Assembly (NCBI GenBank): GCA_021647745.1
Contig: JAKIUB010000014.1
Location: 1,214-65,213, forward strand
Source: Paracoccaceae bacterium
GTDB taxonomy: Bacteria > Pseudomonadota > Alphaproteobacteria > Rhodobacterales > Rhodobacteraceae
Direction: 5' to 3'
DNA: 64,000 nt
In this document: positions 1 to 10,223 of the stretch, piece after piece
Numbering within the stretch: the stretch's first letter is position 1
Layout of the letters: the number at the start of each line of letters is the position of its first letter
Program-made: the position numbers and the translations under genes
The notes under the pieces: generated by a model
Database searches by the model: none
What the model was told of the DNA's origin: nothing
Seen by the model: the letters and a program-made list of their open reading frames with translations, nothing else

Positions 1-277
1 CACGCGAAACACCAGCACCCCGCAAGAACCCCTCGATCGCCTTATCCGGCGAGCCAACCCGAGGCCCTTTGCGCTCTTCGCGGATGGTCGCAGAATGCTC
101 CAGCACTCCGCAAATGCTCAAACACAAGCGGCGCGGGGTGGTGAACACCGCCGCGCTTTCGTAGGTAATGCCGGCATCTACCAAGCCGTCCGTCACCAGC
201 TTTTTGAGGTCTTCGCCTGCGCGCTTTTGCATCCGCGCCGGGATTTCCTCACTAAACAGCTCCAGCAAATAATCCAT
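1..277 (-). CDS. glyS: glycine--tRNA ligase beta subunit, N-terminal part (gene continues past the left edge of the window)
   Basis: Absent from the ORF track because it has no stop in the window. My reverse-strand translation from the ATG at 275-277 gives [32 protein letters not shown]...FTTPRRL, the conserved GlyS N-terminus. Same strand as, and downstream of, glyQ. Confidence 0.85.
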   Translation of the reverse strand, partial: MDYLLELFSEEIPARMQKRAGEDLKKLVTDGLVDAGITYESAAVFTTPRRLCLSICGVLEHSATIREERKGPRVGSPDKAIEGFLRGAGVSR

Positions 278-280
278 GCT

Positions 281-721
281 CTATTCCTGATAAGTGTCGT
301 TAAGTTGCCGCCACCGGAAGGCGCGGCCATCGGGGTAAACCGCTACCATCAAGTCCATGCCTTCTTTATCTGCCATCTTTGCCAGATAGGCCACCGCCGC
401 ACCGGCTTGCAGATCAAGGGTGATGCGCTCGGCATTGTAGCAGTCAAACCACGGCGGGGGAGTGAGAGGGGTGGCGGCATCGGTCATATCCAGCCCCTGA
501 AAATCCGCCGGTGACACCAAAAAACACCCGCGCATTTTCAGGTTGGAGGAGGTGGCATCAATACCGACATAATTTTCAACCTCGATCACACGCTCCTGAA
601 CCGTGATCGAAGTGATATCGGTAACATCATCATAATAATAATAATACTGGAAGTAATACAGCGCCGCGCCAAAAATCAGCGGAAAACCGAACAGGCCAAA
701 TGCAACAAGTTTTCCGGTCAT
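281..721 (-). CDS. small membrane-anchored protein of unknown function, located between glyQ and glyS
   Basis: ORF 281-841 trimmed to the internal ATG at 719-721 (MTGKLVAFGLFGFPLIFGAALYYFQYYYYYDD...), which removes the overlap with glyQ. One N-terminal hydrophobic helix. No family recognised with certainty. Confidence 0.6.
   Translation of the reverse strand: MTGKLVAFGLFGFPLIFGAALYYFQYYYYYDDVTDITSITVQERVIEVENYVGIDATSSNLKMRGCFLVSPADFQGLDMTDAATPLTPPPWFDCYNAERITLDLQAGAAVAYLAKMADKEGMDLMVAVYPDGRAFRWRQLNDTYQE
632..646. repeat. (ATA)5 trinucleotide run, read as TAT x5 (Tyr5) in the minus-strand gene
   Basis: ataataataataata is directly visible. It is in frame with codons 26-30 of the 281-721 gene (FQYYYYYDD). 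Confidence 0.9.
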
Positions 722-806
722 AAGAATGCTCCTACGGCGATGGCCACATGTGTGAGAGGGATAGGAAGAGAAAAAAGGACGGGCAGAAAAATCAGGGCCG
801 TAATGC

Positions 807-1718
807 TCATGCGCCACCTGCCCCGGTCTGCATAAATGCATCCGCGCACATTTTTGTCAGCGCCCGCACGCGGCCAATATAGGCCTGCCGCTCGGTCACC
901 GAGATCACGCCGCGCGCATCAAGCAGGTTAAACACATGGCTGGCCTTGATTGCCTGATCATAAGCGGGGTGGGCCATAATAATCTTGCGGCCCGTTCTGG
1001 GGTCATTCGCCGGCGCGGCCAGTATCCGTTCGCACTCGGCCTCGGCATCCTCGAAATGCTTCAGCAATATGCCGGTGTCGGCAATATCGAAATTCCAGCG
1101 AGAATATTCTTCCTCGGTCTGCCGGAAAATATCGCCATAGCTCAGCGGCACCGGCGCATCAGGGGCGTTAAAAGGCATGTCCATTACATGGTCAACGCCC
1201 AGCACATACATCGCCAAACGCTCCAGCCCATAGGTCAGCTCGCCCGATACCGGCTTGCAGTCCATGCCCGCCACCTGCTGAAAATAGGTAAACTGGCCGA
1301 TCTCCATACCGTCACACCACACCTCCCAGCCAAGGCCCCAGGCACCTAATGTCGGCGACTCCCAGTCATCTTCCACAAAGCGGATATCATGCAGGTCCAT
1401 ATCAATCCCGATCGCCTCAAGCGAGCCAAGGTAAAGCGCCTGCAAATCCGGCGGTGAAGGCTTCAGGATCACCTGAAACTGGTAATAATGCTGCATCCGG
1501 TTGGGGTTTTCGCCGTAACGCCCATCAGTGGGTCGCCGGCTGGGCTGCACATAGGCCGCTGCCCAAGGCTTGGGGCCGAGCGCGCGCAGCGTGGTGGCGG
1601 GATGAAACGTGCCCGCGCCGACCTCCATATCATAGGGTTGCAGTATCGCGCAGCCCTGTCCTGCCCAATAGGCCTGCAACCGCAAAATGATCTCCTGAAA
1701 GCTTTGTGGTTTTTCCAT
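807..1718 (-). CDS. glyQ: glycine--tRNA ligase alpha subunit
   Basis: [40 protein letters not shown]... is the highly conserved GlyQ sequence. Start moved to the ATG at 1716-1718 (M12 of the track ORF). Confidence 0.97.
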   Translation of the reverse strand: MEKPQSFQEIILRLQAYWAGQGCAILQPYDMEVGAGTFHPATTLRALGPKPWAAAYVQPSRRPTDGRYGENPNRMQHYYQFQVILKPSPPDLQALYLGSLEAIGIDMDLHDIRFVEDDWESPTLGAWGLGWEVWCDGMEIGQFTYFQQVAGMDCKPVSGELTYGLERLAMYVLGVDHVMDMPFNAPDAPVPLSYGDIFRQTEEEYSRWNFDIADTGILLKHFEDAEAECERILAAPANDPRTGRKIIMAHPAYDQAIKASHVFNLLDARGVISVTERQAYIGRVRALTKMCADAFMQTGAGGA

Positions 1719-1958
1719 TGGCTCCACCCCGTGCAAATCTCTGCCCTTCAATAGGGGGTGCGGGGCGGAGGGTCAATCACGCAACGCCTTGCCGGGCCAT
1801 TCTATCCTCCCCGATGGCCCGTCATAAAGCTCGAATTTCAACCCACCATACAGCCCCTGCCCTATTTTGGTGTAAAGAGCTATAAAGAACAGACGCGGTA
1901 TCCTTTTTCAGGCGACATACTGACGCCCAAAATCCAGAGGCCCGCTTAAAAGAAGTAA

Positions 1959-3356
1959 CTAGCGGGCAGAGGCCAGCACCGCCGCCAAAAACACTCGCAA
2001 ATCCTCATTCCGCGTCCGGTGGTTGGTAATATTCACCCGCACCGCCTTGCGCCCGTTAACGCTGGTCAAAGACGGCACCGCCACCCCGTTTTCCTGCAGC
2101 CTCAGCACAATCTCCTCGGTTGCCACATCGCCCAAAATATGGGCAAACACCACGACCGAGCTGGCCACGGGGGCCAACCGCTCCAGGCTTGGCTCCTTAT
2201 CCACCATATCGGCCAACAGCTTGGCCTGCGCACAGTTCCGGCTGATCGCCGCCCCCAGCGCCTCCGTGCCCAGCGCCGTGATTTGCGCCCATACTTTCAG
2301 CGCCCGAAACCCGCGCGAAAGCTCCGGCCCGTAATCCACCGGCCAAGGCCTCCCCGCGGCCAGCCCGCGCGCCGCACTGGCCAAGTAGTCCGGCGCGCTT
2401 TCAAAGGCCGCACGGTGCAATCCCTCGTCCCGCACCAGCACAAACCCCGCATCATAATTCACATGCAGCCATTTGTGAAAATCAAACGCCAAGCTATCTG
2501 CTCGCTCAACCCCGCGCAGCCTTGGCCGCAATATATCACTCAGCACCCCCGCCGCACCAAAGGCACCATCAATATGTAGCCAAAGCCCCTCTGCGGCTGC
2601 AATATCCGCCAAAGCATCAAGATCATCAAAGGCCCCGACATTCACCGTCCCCGCCGTGCCGACCAGCAAAAACGGCTCCAGCCCGGCCGCGCGGTCTGCC
2701 GTGATCATCTTGCGCAAAGCTGGCATATCCATCTCGAAAGCCGCATTCACCGGCACGGCCCGCAACGCATCACTGCCCAGCCCCAGCATATCAAACGCGC
2801 GGTTGATGCAATTATGCGCCTCCGATGAAGCATAGCCAACCAGCCGGTGCGCCCCCACCCCTACCTTGCGGGCACCCAGCTTTGCATCTCGTGCCACCTT
2901 CAAAGCCACAATCGTCGCCATTGATGTGCCCGACACCACCAGCCCACTGGCCCCCGCCGGAAAACCAAACATCTCTTTCACCCAGGCCACCACCTGTTTT
3001 TCCACATAAATCGCGCCGTGGTCGCGCCCGCCAAGGTTGGCATTCATTGCCGCTGCCGTGATCTCGGCCAGCAGCGAGGCCGCACCGCCGCTGCCATGCA
3101 CCCAGCCAAAAAACCTCGGGTGGGTATTGCCGACACCAAAAGGCAATAATTCCTCAAGCTGCGCCTGCACCTTTTCCATCCCGACACCCTGCTCTGGCAA
3201 GCTGGCATGCATCTGGCGCTTTAGCGTTTCCGGCAAGGGCGCCCACACCGCTCCCTCTCCCGCCTGTTCCATTTTATCCAGTGCGGCCTCCAGCATTTTT
3301 TGCGCGCTAGCACGAAAAGCGGGCCAGTTTTCGGGGTCAAGTGAAGGTCTGGCCAT
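1959..3356 (-). CDS. PLP-dependent group II amino-acid decarboxylase family protein
   Basis: 465 aa with HPRFFGWV near the N-terminus and the lysine motif DFHKWL typical of DOPA/glutamate-decarboxylase-fold enzymes. Substrate cannot be assigned from sequence alone. Confidence 0.8.
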   Translation of the reverse strand: MARPSLDPENWPAFRASAQKMLEAALDKMEQAGEGAVWAPLPETLKRQMHASLPEQGVGMEKVQAQLEELLPFGVGNTHPRFFGWVHGSGGAASLLAEITAAAMNANLGGRDHGAIYVEKQVVAWVKEMFGFPAGASGLVVSGTSMATIVALKVARDAKLGARKVGVGAHRLVGYASSEAHNCINRAFDMLGLGSDALRAVPVNAAFEMDMPALRKMITADRAAGLEPFLLVGTAGTVNVGAFDDLDALADIAAAEGLWLHIDGAFGAAGVLSDILRPRLRGVERADSLAFDFHKWLHVNYDAGFVLVRDEGLHRAAFESAPDYLASAARGLAAGRPWPVDYGPELSRGFRALKVWAQITALGTEALGAAISRNCAQAKLLADMVDKEPSLERLAPVASSVVVFAHILGDVATEEIVLRLQENGVAVPSLTSVNGRKAVRVNITNHRTRNEDLRVFLAAVLASAR

Positions 3357-3671
3357 ATTGCACGACTCCGGATCAAGAATATTGGAACAAAATAGAGTAA
3401 AAAAACCCGCCCTATTGGCGGTAAATACGTTATTTCCCGGTAATTATAAACAGTTTTGTGCTGCGTGGATAAAAAGCTAGACATTCCCCACGAATTTTGT
3501 GGGTTATTGACACCAAATAACCATTATTGTAGATTACAGTCAGCTTGGAGACACATATTATTGCCCCCACGCGTTAACCTCGTGGCAATGCAGAATGTAA
3601 TAATGGATTTAATTGGTCGGACAGCTTTCAGTTTAAGCCGTCTATTTAACAAGTAGGGAAAAGGGTGTAAA

Positions 3672-4886
3672 ATGGCAAATACAGAAACTCTAGTTTGGGC
3701 AAATGCAACTCCAGCAGGGGGGGCGCAATTAGCCGACTTTAACGGCGTGGCCCATAATGTTGGTGACATAACCGTAACCGCCACCCTGCTACCCGGTGAG
3801 GCAATCGATACAAACGCCGATCTAGCGTTCAACGGGTTTGGCGTTGATGCCGGCGAGCTTTATACTGGCGGTAATTACACCGGCGGCGGGGTCTCAAATA
3901 GCGCCCTCCATCTTTCAGACGCCGATGACTCAACGGCTGGCTACTCCCATACTGTCACTCTTGCTTTGGATTTCACATCAAATACCGGTGGTGATAACGG
4001 GGTAGATAACCTGGATTTCTGGATCAGTGATATCGACCAGGGCTCTTGGGATGATGTCATCACCATCCGCGTTTATGATCTTAACGGTGATCTGATCACA
4101 GATCCCGGCGCTGTCACCTTCCCTACCCTTGGCAGCAATCTGGTCGAAACAGGCGATACTCTCACCGTCGGCACCTTCGGGAATCTTGACCCCGTAGACG
4201 CCGGAGGTGCTGTAAATGTAGTTGTCACCGTCCCGATCAGCCGTATAGAGATTGACTACGGCAATGATGATGATGGCGGGCAGCGTGTCGAGATATCTGA
4301 TCTCACCTACGAGCCGCATTTTCCCCCGCCCTGCTTCACCACCGGCACCCGTATTCTCACCGAAAATGGCGAAGTCGCGGTCGAAGATCTGGTCGAGGGC
4401 GACCTTGTGGTCACCAAAGGCAACGGCCTGATGCCGATCCGCTGGATCGGCCAGCGCACAATCAAGGCTGTTGGCTCTATGGCTCCCGTCTGCATCAGCA
4501 AAGGCACCCTTGGCAACAGCCGTGACCTTCTGGTTTCGCCCGGCCACCACATGCTGCTTGCCGACGCCCGAATTTCCGCACTTTTCGCCGAAGATGAAGT
4601 GTTGGTCACCGCTAAATCCTTGCTGGACGGAGACCGTATCTACCGTAAATCCGGCGGCGAAGTGACCTATTTTCACATCCTGTTTGATCAACACGAGATC
4701 ATCTTTGCCGAAGGAGCGCCGGCCGAAAGCCTGCTCCTTGAGGAAAGCACCCTGCGCAGCTTCTCGAAAGAAACCTCTGACGAGGTGCTGGCACTCTTCC
4801 CCGAGCTGAACGGCAAAGCTTCCAACTACGGAAAGGTTGCCCGTCCGGTGCTCAACCCGGCCGAGGCCGGGCTGCTTGTCAACTAG
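3672..4886 (+). CDS. Hint (Hedgehog/intein-like, bacterial intein-like) domain-containing protein with an acidic Asp/Gly/Thr-rich N-terminal region
   Basis: 404 aa. The C-terminal half begins CFTTGTRILTENGEVAVEDLVEGDLVVT...IRWIG...HEIIFAEGAPAESL, the signature of the Hint_2-type module abundant in Rhodobacterales. No N-terminal signal peptide. SD-like aaaagggtg lies before the ATG at 3672. Confidence 0.85.
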   Translation: MANTETLVWANATPAGGAQLADFNGVAHNVGDITVTATLLPGEAIDTNADLAFNGFGVDAGELYTGGNYTGGGVSNSALHLSDADDSTAGYSHTVTLALDFTSNTGGDNGVDNLDFWISDIDQGSWDDVITIRVYDLNGDLITDPGAVTFPTLGSNLVETGDTLTVGTFGNLDPVDAGGAVNVVVTVPISRIEIDYGNDDDGGQRVEISDLTYEPHFPPPCFTTGTRILTENGEVAVEDLVEGDLVVTKGNGLMPIRWIGQRTIKAVGSMAPVCISKGTLGNSRDLLVSPGHHMLLADARISALFAEDEVLVTAKSLLDGDRIYRKSGGEVTYFHILFDQHEIIFAEGAPAESLLLEESTLRSFSKETSDEVLALFPELNGKASNYGKVARPVLNPAEAGLLVN

Positions 4887-4935
4887 GCACAGGGCCTTTC
4901 AAAAAGCGCCACCCTGCAGGGGGGCAGCCAAAACC

Positions 4936-4968
4936 AAAAAGGCGCGGCGTTGAATACCGCGCCTTTTT
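4936..4968. terminator. bidirectional rho-independent terminator between the convergent Hint gene and mcm
   Basis: aaaaaggcgcgg (4936-4947) / loop cgttgaata / ccgcgccttttt (4957-4968). Perfect 12-bp stem flanked by A/T runs on both strands. Confidence 0.75.
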
Positions 4969-4974
4969 GCATCT

Positions 4975-7104
4975 CTACCAGTTTTGCCGCCGAATAAGCC
5001 GCAGCACTTTCTTCGCCGCTTCAGGGATATTGGTGCCCGGCCCGAATATCGCCTTCACCCCGTGATCATAAAGATATTCATAATCCTGCTGCGGAATCAC
5101 CCCGCCGCACACCACAATAATATCGTTGGCACCAGCATCGCGCAGTGCATCCACCAGCAAGGGCGCAAGGGTTTTATGCCCTGCGGCCTGCGAGCTGATC
5201 CCGACTACATGCACGCCCTTGGCGATGGCCTCGGCGGCGGCCTCTTCGGGGGTTTGGAATAGCGGCCCGACATCGACATTAAAACCAAGGTCGGCAAAGG
5301 CCGTGGCGATCACTTTGGCACCGCGATCATGGCCATCCTGCCCCATTTTAACCACCAGCATATGCGGGGTGCGGCCCTCCTTCTTGGCAAAACTCTGCAC
5401 ATCTTCAACAATTTTGGCAAAGCCTTCATCGCCCGCGTAAGCCGCGCCATAAACCCCTTTCAGGGTTTTTACCTCGGCTTTATGGCGGCCAAACACCCGC
5501 TCCATCGCATTTGAAATCTCGCCCACCGAGGCCCGCGCCCGCGCCGCTTCCACCGCCAGCTCCAGCAGGTTTCCGGTGCCCCGCGCGCCCGCTTCCAGCG
5601 CTTCCAGTGCAGCGGTACAGGCGGCTTCATCGCGGTTTTTACGCATGTTTTTCAGGCGTTTGATCTGCCCCTCGCGCACCGCCACATTGTCTACATCCAG
5701 AATATCGATCGGGTCTTGCTGATCGAGCTTGTATTTATTAACCCCGACAACCACCTCTTCGCCGCGATCGACCAAAGCCTGCCGCCGCGCCGCGCTTTCC
5801 TCTATCCGCAGTTTTGGCATGCCGGATTCGACCGCCTTGGTCATGCCGCCCAACGCGTCAACCTCCTCGATCAGCGCCCATGCCTTATCAGCCAGCTCGG
5901 CGGTCAGGCTTTCAACATAGTAACTGCCCGCCAGCGGGTCGACCACGTTGGTTATGCCGGTTTCTTCTTGCAAGATCAGCTGGGTGTTGCGGGCAATACG
6001 GGCCGAAAAATCGGTGGGCAGGGCAATGGCCTCGTCCAGCGCATTGGTGTGCAGGCTCTGGGTGCCGCCAAGTGCCGCCGCCATCGCCTCGTAAGCGGTG
6101 CGGATCACGTTGTTATAAGGGTCCTGCTCTTGCAGGCTCACACCCGAAGTCTGGCAATGGGTGCGCAGCATTTTGCTGCTGGTCTTTTGCGCGCCAAACT
6201 CGGTCATGATCCGGTGCCACAGCAACCTTGCAGCACGCAGCTTGGCGGCTTCCATGAAAAAATTCATGCCAATGGCAAAGAAAAAGCTGAGCCGGCCAGC
6301 GAAAGCATCGACATCCATGCCCGCCTCAATCGCGGCACGCACATATTCCTTGCCATCTGCGAGGGTATAGGCCAGCTCCTGCACAAGGTTCGCGCCCGCC
6401 TCCTGCATATGATAGCCGCTGATTGAAATACTGTTGAATTTCGGCATCTCGGCGGCGGTATATTTAATAATATCCGAGACAATCCGCATGCTTGGCGCGG
6501 GCGGATAGATATAGGTGTTGCGGACCATAAACTCTTTCAGCACATCGTTTTGAATGGTGCCAGTCAGGGCCGCACGGCTCACCCCCTGCTCTTCCCCCGC
6601 CACAATAAAGCTCGCCAAAATAGGGATAACCGCGCCGTTCATCGTCATCGAAACCGACATTTTATCCAGCGGAATTCCGTCAAACAGGATCTTCATATCC
6701 TCGACGGAGTCAATCGCCACGCCCGCCTTGCCAACATCCCCCTCAACGCGCGGGTGGTCGCTATCATAGCCCCGGTGGGTAGCCAGATCAAAAGCAACAG
6801 AAACCCCCTTTTGCCCCGCCGCAAGGTTGCGCCGATAAAAGGCGTTACTCTCCTCGGCAGTAGAAAACCCGGCATATTGGCGGATGGTCCATGGCCGCCC
6901 GGTATACATGGTGGCGCGCGGGCCACGGGTGAAAGGCTCCAAGCCCGGCAGACTGTGCATATGGGGCAGGTCAGCTGTATCTTCGGCGGTATAAACCGGT
7001 TTCACGGTGATACCCTCGGGGGTTTGCCACTCGAGGCTTTCCAGCGGTTTGCCGCGCAGTTCCTTTTCAGCCAGTGCCTTCCAATCTGCTTTATCCGCCA
7101 TCAC
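4975..7104 (-). CDS. mcm: methylmalonyl-CoA mutase (single large subunit with a C-terminal B12-binding domain)
   Basis: 709 aa. Contains ...[57 protein letters not shown]... and a C-terminal ...[21 protein letters not shown]... cobalamin-binding motif. The start overlaps the pccA stop (ATGA at 7101-7104). Confidence 0.97.
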   Translation of the reverse strand: MMADKADWKALAEKELRGKPLESLEWQTPEGITVKPVYTAEDTADLPHMHSLPGLEPFTRGPRATMYTGRPWTIRQYAGFSTAEESNAFYRRNLAAGQKGVSVAFDLATHRGYDSDHPRVEGDVGKAGVAIDSVEDMKILFDGIPLDKMSVSMTMNGAVIPILASFIVAGEEQGVSRAALTGTIQNDVLKEFMVRNTYIYPPAPSMRIVSDIIKYTAAEMPKFNSISISGYHMQEAGANLVQELAYTLADGKEYVRAAIEAGMDVDAFAGRLSFFFAIGMNFFMEAAKLRAARLLWHRIMTEFGAQKTSSKMLRTHCQTSGVSLQEQDPYNNVIRTAYEAMAAALGGTQSLHTNALDEAIALPTDFSARIARNTQLILQEETGITNVVDPLAGSYYVESLTAELADKAWALIEEVDALGGMTKAVESGMPKLRIEESAARRQALVDRGEEVVVGVNKYKLDQQDPIDILDVDNVAVREGQIKRLKNMRKNRDEAACTAALEALEAGARGTGNLLELAVEAARARASVGEISNAMERVFGRHKAEVKTLKGVYGAAYAGDEGFAKIVEDVQSFAKKEGRTPHMLVVKMGQDGHDRGAKVIATAFADLGFNVDVGPLFQTPEEAAAEAIAKGVHVVGISSQAAGHKTLAPLLVDALRDAGANDIIVVCGGVIPQQDYEYLYDHGVKAIFGPGTNIPEAAKKVLRLIRRQNW

Positions 7105-9092
7105 TCAAACTCCATAATCACCGCGTCAACTGCCATACTGTCACCCGGCGCCGCATTTATTTTGGCCACCACAGCCTTTTTCTCGGCACGCAGCACGTTT
7201 TCCATTTTCATCGCTTCCACGGTGCACAGCGCTTGGCCCTCCTGCACCTCGTCGCCAACCGCCACATTCAGGCTCACCACCAGCCCCGGCATTGGGCAGA
7301 GCAGCAATTTGGAGGTATCCGGCGCGGTTTTTTCAAGCATATGCTTAGAAAGCTCAAACAGGCGCGGGGTGCGGATGATAACCTTGAGGTCCGCCCCGCG
7401 ATGCCGCATTCGGTAGCCGCCGGCAATGGGCTGCACCTTGGCGACCACCATCTCGCCCGAAATATCAATCCGCGCCAGCCCCTCGCCGGGCTTCCAGCTT
7501 GAGGCCACCCGCAACTGGCTGCCATCCGCAAAGCTTACCGTTGAGCCATCGTGATCCGCCTCGATTTTTATCGCAAAATCCTGCCCGGCCAGCGAGATTA
7601 CAAAATCCTCGCCCACATGCCGCTCGTGGTTATCCAGACGCCCTGAAACCTGCGCCGCCCGAATTTCCGCCACCCGCATCATCGCCGAAGCCCCCGCCGC
7701 CAGTTGCTTGAGCACCGACTCGGGCAGCGTTGCCCCCTTAAAGCCGTCGGGGTATTCCTCGGCAATGAAAGCTGTGGTGATATCGCCCGATATGAAGCGC
7801 GGGTGGTCCATCACTGCGCTCAGAAACGGCAGGTTGTGGCCAATGCCCTCCAGCTCGAACCTGTCCAGCGCCTGACGCATATCGGCGATCGCGGTTGTTC
7901 TGTCCGGCGCCCATGTGCAAAGCTTGGCGATCATCGGATCATAAAACATGCTGATCTCGCCGCCTTCAAAAACCCCGGTATCATTGCGCACCCTGCCCTG
8001 CACCTCGGCGGGCGGGCGATACCGGGTGAGGCGGCCAATGGAAGGTAGGAAATTTCGGTAAGGATCCTCGGCATAAACCCGGCTTTCCATCGCCCAGCCA
8101 TTGATGCCGATATCGCTTTGCTTGAGCGCCAGCTTTTCCCCCGCCGCCACCAGGATCATCTGCTCGACCAGATCAATGCCGGTGATTAGCTCGGTCACCG
8201 GATGCTCGACCTGAAGCCGGGTGTTCATCTCCAGAAAATAGAAATTCTGCTCGCTATCCACGATAAATTCTACCGTGCCGGCGCTGCAATAATCCACCGC
8301 CTTTGAGAGCGCCACCGCCTCCGCCCCCATTTTGGCACGGGTTTCGGGGGTGAGAAACGGGCTGGGGGCCTCCTCGATCACCTTTTGCTGGCGGCGCTGG
8401 ATCGAACATTCGCGCTCATTGAGGTAAATGCAATTGCCGTGTTTATCACCCAGCACCTGAATCTCGATATGGCGCGGCTGGGTGATGAATTTTTCGATAA
8501 AAATCCGGTCATCGCCAAAGCTCGCCGCCGCCTCGTTTTTCGAGCTTTGGAAACCCTCGCGCGCCTCGTCGTCATTCCACGCGATCCGCATCCCCTTGCC
8601 ACCACCGCCGGCGCTCGCCTTGATCATCACCGGATAACCGACCTGGCGCGAAATCGTCACCGCCTCGTCGGCATCTTCTATCAGCCCCATATGGCCCGGC
8701 ACGGTCGAAACCCCTGCCTCCTCCGCCAGTTTTTTACTGGTTATTTTATCACCCATTGCCTTGATCGCACCAACGGGCGGGCCGATAAAGGCAATACCCG
8801 CCGCCTCCAGCGCTTCGGCAAATTTCGGGTTTTCACTCAAAAACCCGTAGCCAGGATGCACCGCTTCGGCTCCGGTTTCCTTAATCGCCGCCATAATTTT
8901 ATCTATCACGATATAGCTTTCGGCAGCGGGGGGCGGGCCGATATACACTGCCTCGTCAGCCATTTTTACATGCAGGGCGTTCCGGTCCGCATCCGAATAA
9001 ACCGCCACGGTTTTGATACCCATCTTCTGCGCGGTTTTGATCACCCGACAAGCGATCTCGCCACGATTGGCGATCAGTATTTTCTCAAACAT
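7101..9092 (-). CDS. pccA: propionyl-CoA carboxylase alpha subunit (biotin carboxylase + BCCP)
   Basis: [42 protein letters not shown]..., an ATP-grasp core, and the C-terminal biotinyl motif EAMKMEN. Start set to the ATG at 9090-9092 (M9 of the track ORF) with GAGGGG upstream. Confidence 0.95.
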   Translation of the reverse strand: MFEKILIANRGEIACRVIKTAQKMGIKTVAVYSDADRNALHVKMADEAVYIGPPPAAESYIVIDKIMAAIKETGAEAVHPGYGFLSENPKFAEALEAAGIAFIGPPVGAIKAMGDKITSKKLAEEAGVSTVPGHMGLIEDADEAVTISRQVGYPVMIKASAGGGGKGMRIAWNDDEAREGFQSSKNEAAASFGDDRIFIEKFITQPRHIEIQVLGDKHGNCIYLNERECSIQRRQQKVIEEAPSPFLTPETRAKMGAEAVALSKAVDYCSAGTVEFIVDSEQNFYFLEMNTRLQVEHPVTELITGIDLVEQMILVAAGEKLALKQSDIGINGWAMESRVYAEDPYRNFLPSIGRLTRYRPPAEVQGRVRNDTGVFEGGEISMFYDPMIAKLCTWAPDRTTAIADMRQALDRFELEGIGHNLPFLSAVMDHPRFISGDITTAFIAEEYPDGFKGATLPESVLKQLAAGASAMMRVAEIRAAQVSGRLDNHERHVGEDFVISLAGQDFAIKIEADHDGSTVSFADGSQLRVASSWKPGEGLARIDISGEMVVAKVQPIAGGYRMRHRGADLKVIIRTPRLFELSKHMLEKTAPDTSKLLLCPMPGLVVSLNVAVGDEVQEGQALCTVEAMKMENVLRAEKKAVVAKINAAPGDSMAVDAVIMEFE

Positions 9093-9107
9093 CAGGCTAT
9101 GCCCCTC

Positions 9108-9147
9108 GAAAAACAAAAAAGGGCCGCCCGCATGTGCAGGCAGCCCC
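9108..9147 (-). terminator. rho-independent terminator-like hairpin downstream of the lipoprotein gene and 16 nt upstream of the pccA start
   Basis: On the minus strand: GGGCUGCC-loop-GGCGGCCC (8 bp including one G:U), followed by UUUUUUGUUUUU (plus-strand 9108-9120). Confidence 0.6.
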
Positions 9148-9178
9148 GTAAGGTATAGTACGCGAAACCGCGGCTATA

Positions 9179-9382
9179 TTAGCAGGTATTGGTCTGGTAA
9201 CAGGCCGCGCCAGCCGCACCGCCAATCGCCGCCCCCGTGACCATATTACCCCCTGTGACACCAGCAATCCCTGCACCAAGCACCGCGCCCATGCCGGCGG
9301 TTTCACCAATGGTTGTGCAGGCCGAAAGCGTAAAGCCTGCCAGTATAAGGGCCGCAAATTTATTCCGAACAATCGAACGCAT
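9179..9382 (-). CDS. small glycine-zipper lipoprotein
   Basis: 67 aa. Lipobox LSAC after a basic/hydrophobic leader (MRSIVRNKFAALILAGFTLSAC), then a GxxxG-rich zipper (GMGAVLGAGIAGVTGGNMVTGAAIGGAAGA). Confidence 0.7.
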   Translation of the reverse strand: MRSIVRNKFAALILAGFTLSACTTIGETAGMGAVLGAGIAGVTGGNMVTGAAIGGAAGAACYQTNTC

Positions 9383-9491
9383 GATATTTCTCCCTGTGGT
9401 TCATCTTCCCAAGATGCACGGGCTTTCCCCGTCAAACCAGTCTTTTTTTGAGAACAACACAGCAAGTTGGCGGATTGTCGCGCAAATACTT

Positions 9492-9866
9492 TCACGGCTC
9501 CCCCCCTTCAAACATATCGGGAAAGCTCACCTTGGCGCGCTTCACGTCTATCCTGAGCATCGCTTCATAAGAGACTGGATCAAAAGAATTTTCGGCCGGC
9601 ACCACCTCGCGGCCAAAAAACCAGCCAATCCGTCCGGCATCAAGATTTCCCCGCTCAAAGGGCTGGTCGCCAAAAGCCTCCCACAGGCAGGCCATAAACA
9701 CTGTGTCAGCTTTTTTATCTATCGCTCGGCGATCCCGAAAGCGCTCGCGCGCCTTTAGCGGTGTCACCCCCCTCGGCGAGGCGCGGCGGATGGTAAACTG
9801 CAAGTCCGAGCCGGGCAAACGCCCCGGAAAGCCGCGATGTTTAAGCATATAAGGCAGGTTGGCCAT
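9492..9866 (-). CDS. hypothetical protein (124 aa)
   Basis: ORF with protein-like composition, in series with the neighbouring minus-strand genes. No family recognised. Confidence 0.45.
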   Translation of the reverse strand: MANLPYMLKHRGFPGRLPGSDLQFTIRRASPRGVTPLKARERFRDRRAIDKKADTVFMACLWEAFGDQPFERGNLDAGRIGWFFGREVVPAENSFDPVSYEAMLRIDVKRAKVSFPDMFEGGEP

Positions 9867-9902
9867 ATCAGGCGCTCCTTTTCAGGGGCGCAGATGGCCC
9901 GT

Positions 9903-10190
9903 TCAGTCGTCGTCCTTGCCCAGATTCATCACCGCGATAGCGGCCGAAACGCCGCCAAAAGTCAGCGCAGTCTGGAAAAATAAGATAAAGGTGGCAATAC
10001 CGCTTTCGTCGCGCGCCAGCATATCGCCCACCCCGAGAAAATTGCTCCAGATGATGGCGAATACAAAGATCACGCCAATGGCAATACCATTTGCGGTGTG
10101 AAATATCAAAAAGCGCACCAGCTTGGGTGGATCGGGGAGTTTCATCGGCTTGGCCTTTATGTGTGGCCATAAGATACGCCGATTTTTCAA
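9903..10190 (-). CDS. small integral membrane protein (two predicted TM helices)
   Basis: 95 aa. LVRFLIFHTANGIAIGVIFVFAIIW and ATFILFFQTALTFGGVSAAIAVM are hydrophobic helices. Preferred over the overlapping 9868-10227 frame, which is Arg/Cys/His/Trp-rich. The start could instead be the internal MKLPDPP. Confidence 0.55.
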   Translation of the reverse strand: MKNRRILWPHIKAKPMKLPDPPKLVRFLIFHTANGIAIGVIFVFAIIWSNFLGVGDMLARDESGIATFILFFQTALTFGGVSAAIAVMNLGKDDD

Positions 10191-10223
10191 AGGTGCAAGA
10201 GGGGGGAGTTGTCGCAGACATAT

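Noticed and set aside
95-514. 139-aa plus-strand ORF at the left edge
   Set aside because: It is antisense to the glyS N-terminus (1-277) and to the small membrane-protein gene. The glyS reading is far better supported by conservation.
3400-3425. Hairpin ccgcc-ctatt-ggcgg followed (on the minus strand) by a T-run, as a terminator upstream of the decarboxylase gene
   Set aside because: The stem is only 5 bp, and no upstream minus-strand gene exists for it to terminate. It is mentioned only as part of the AT-rich region.
5716-6426. 236-aa plus-strand ORF and its neighbours (6550-7416, 7074-7502)
   Set aside because: They are antisense to mcm and pccA, which are unambiguous, and show no recognisable domains.
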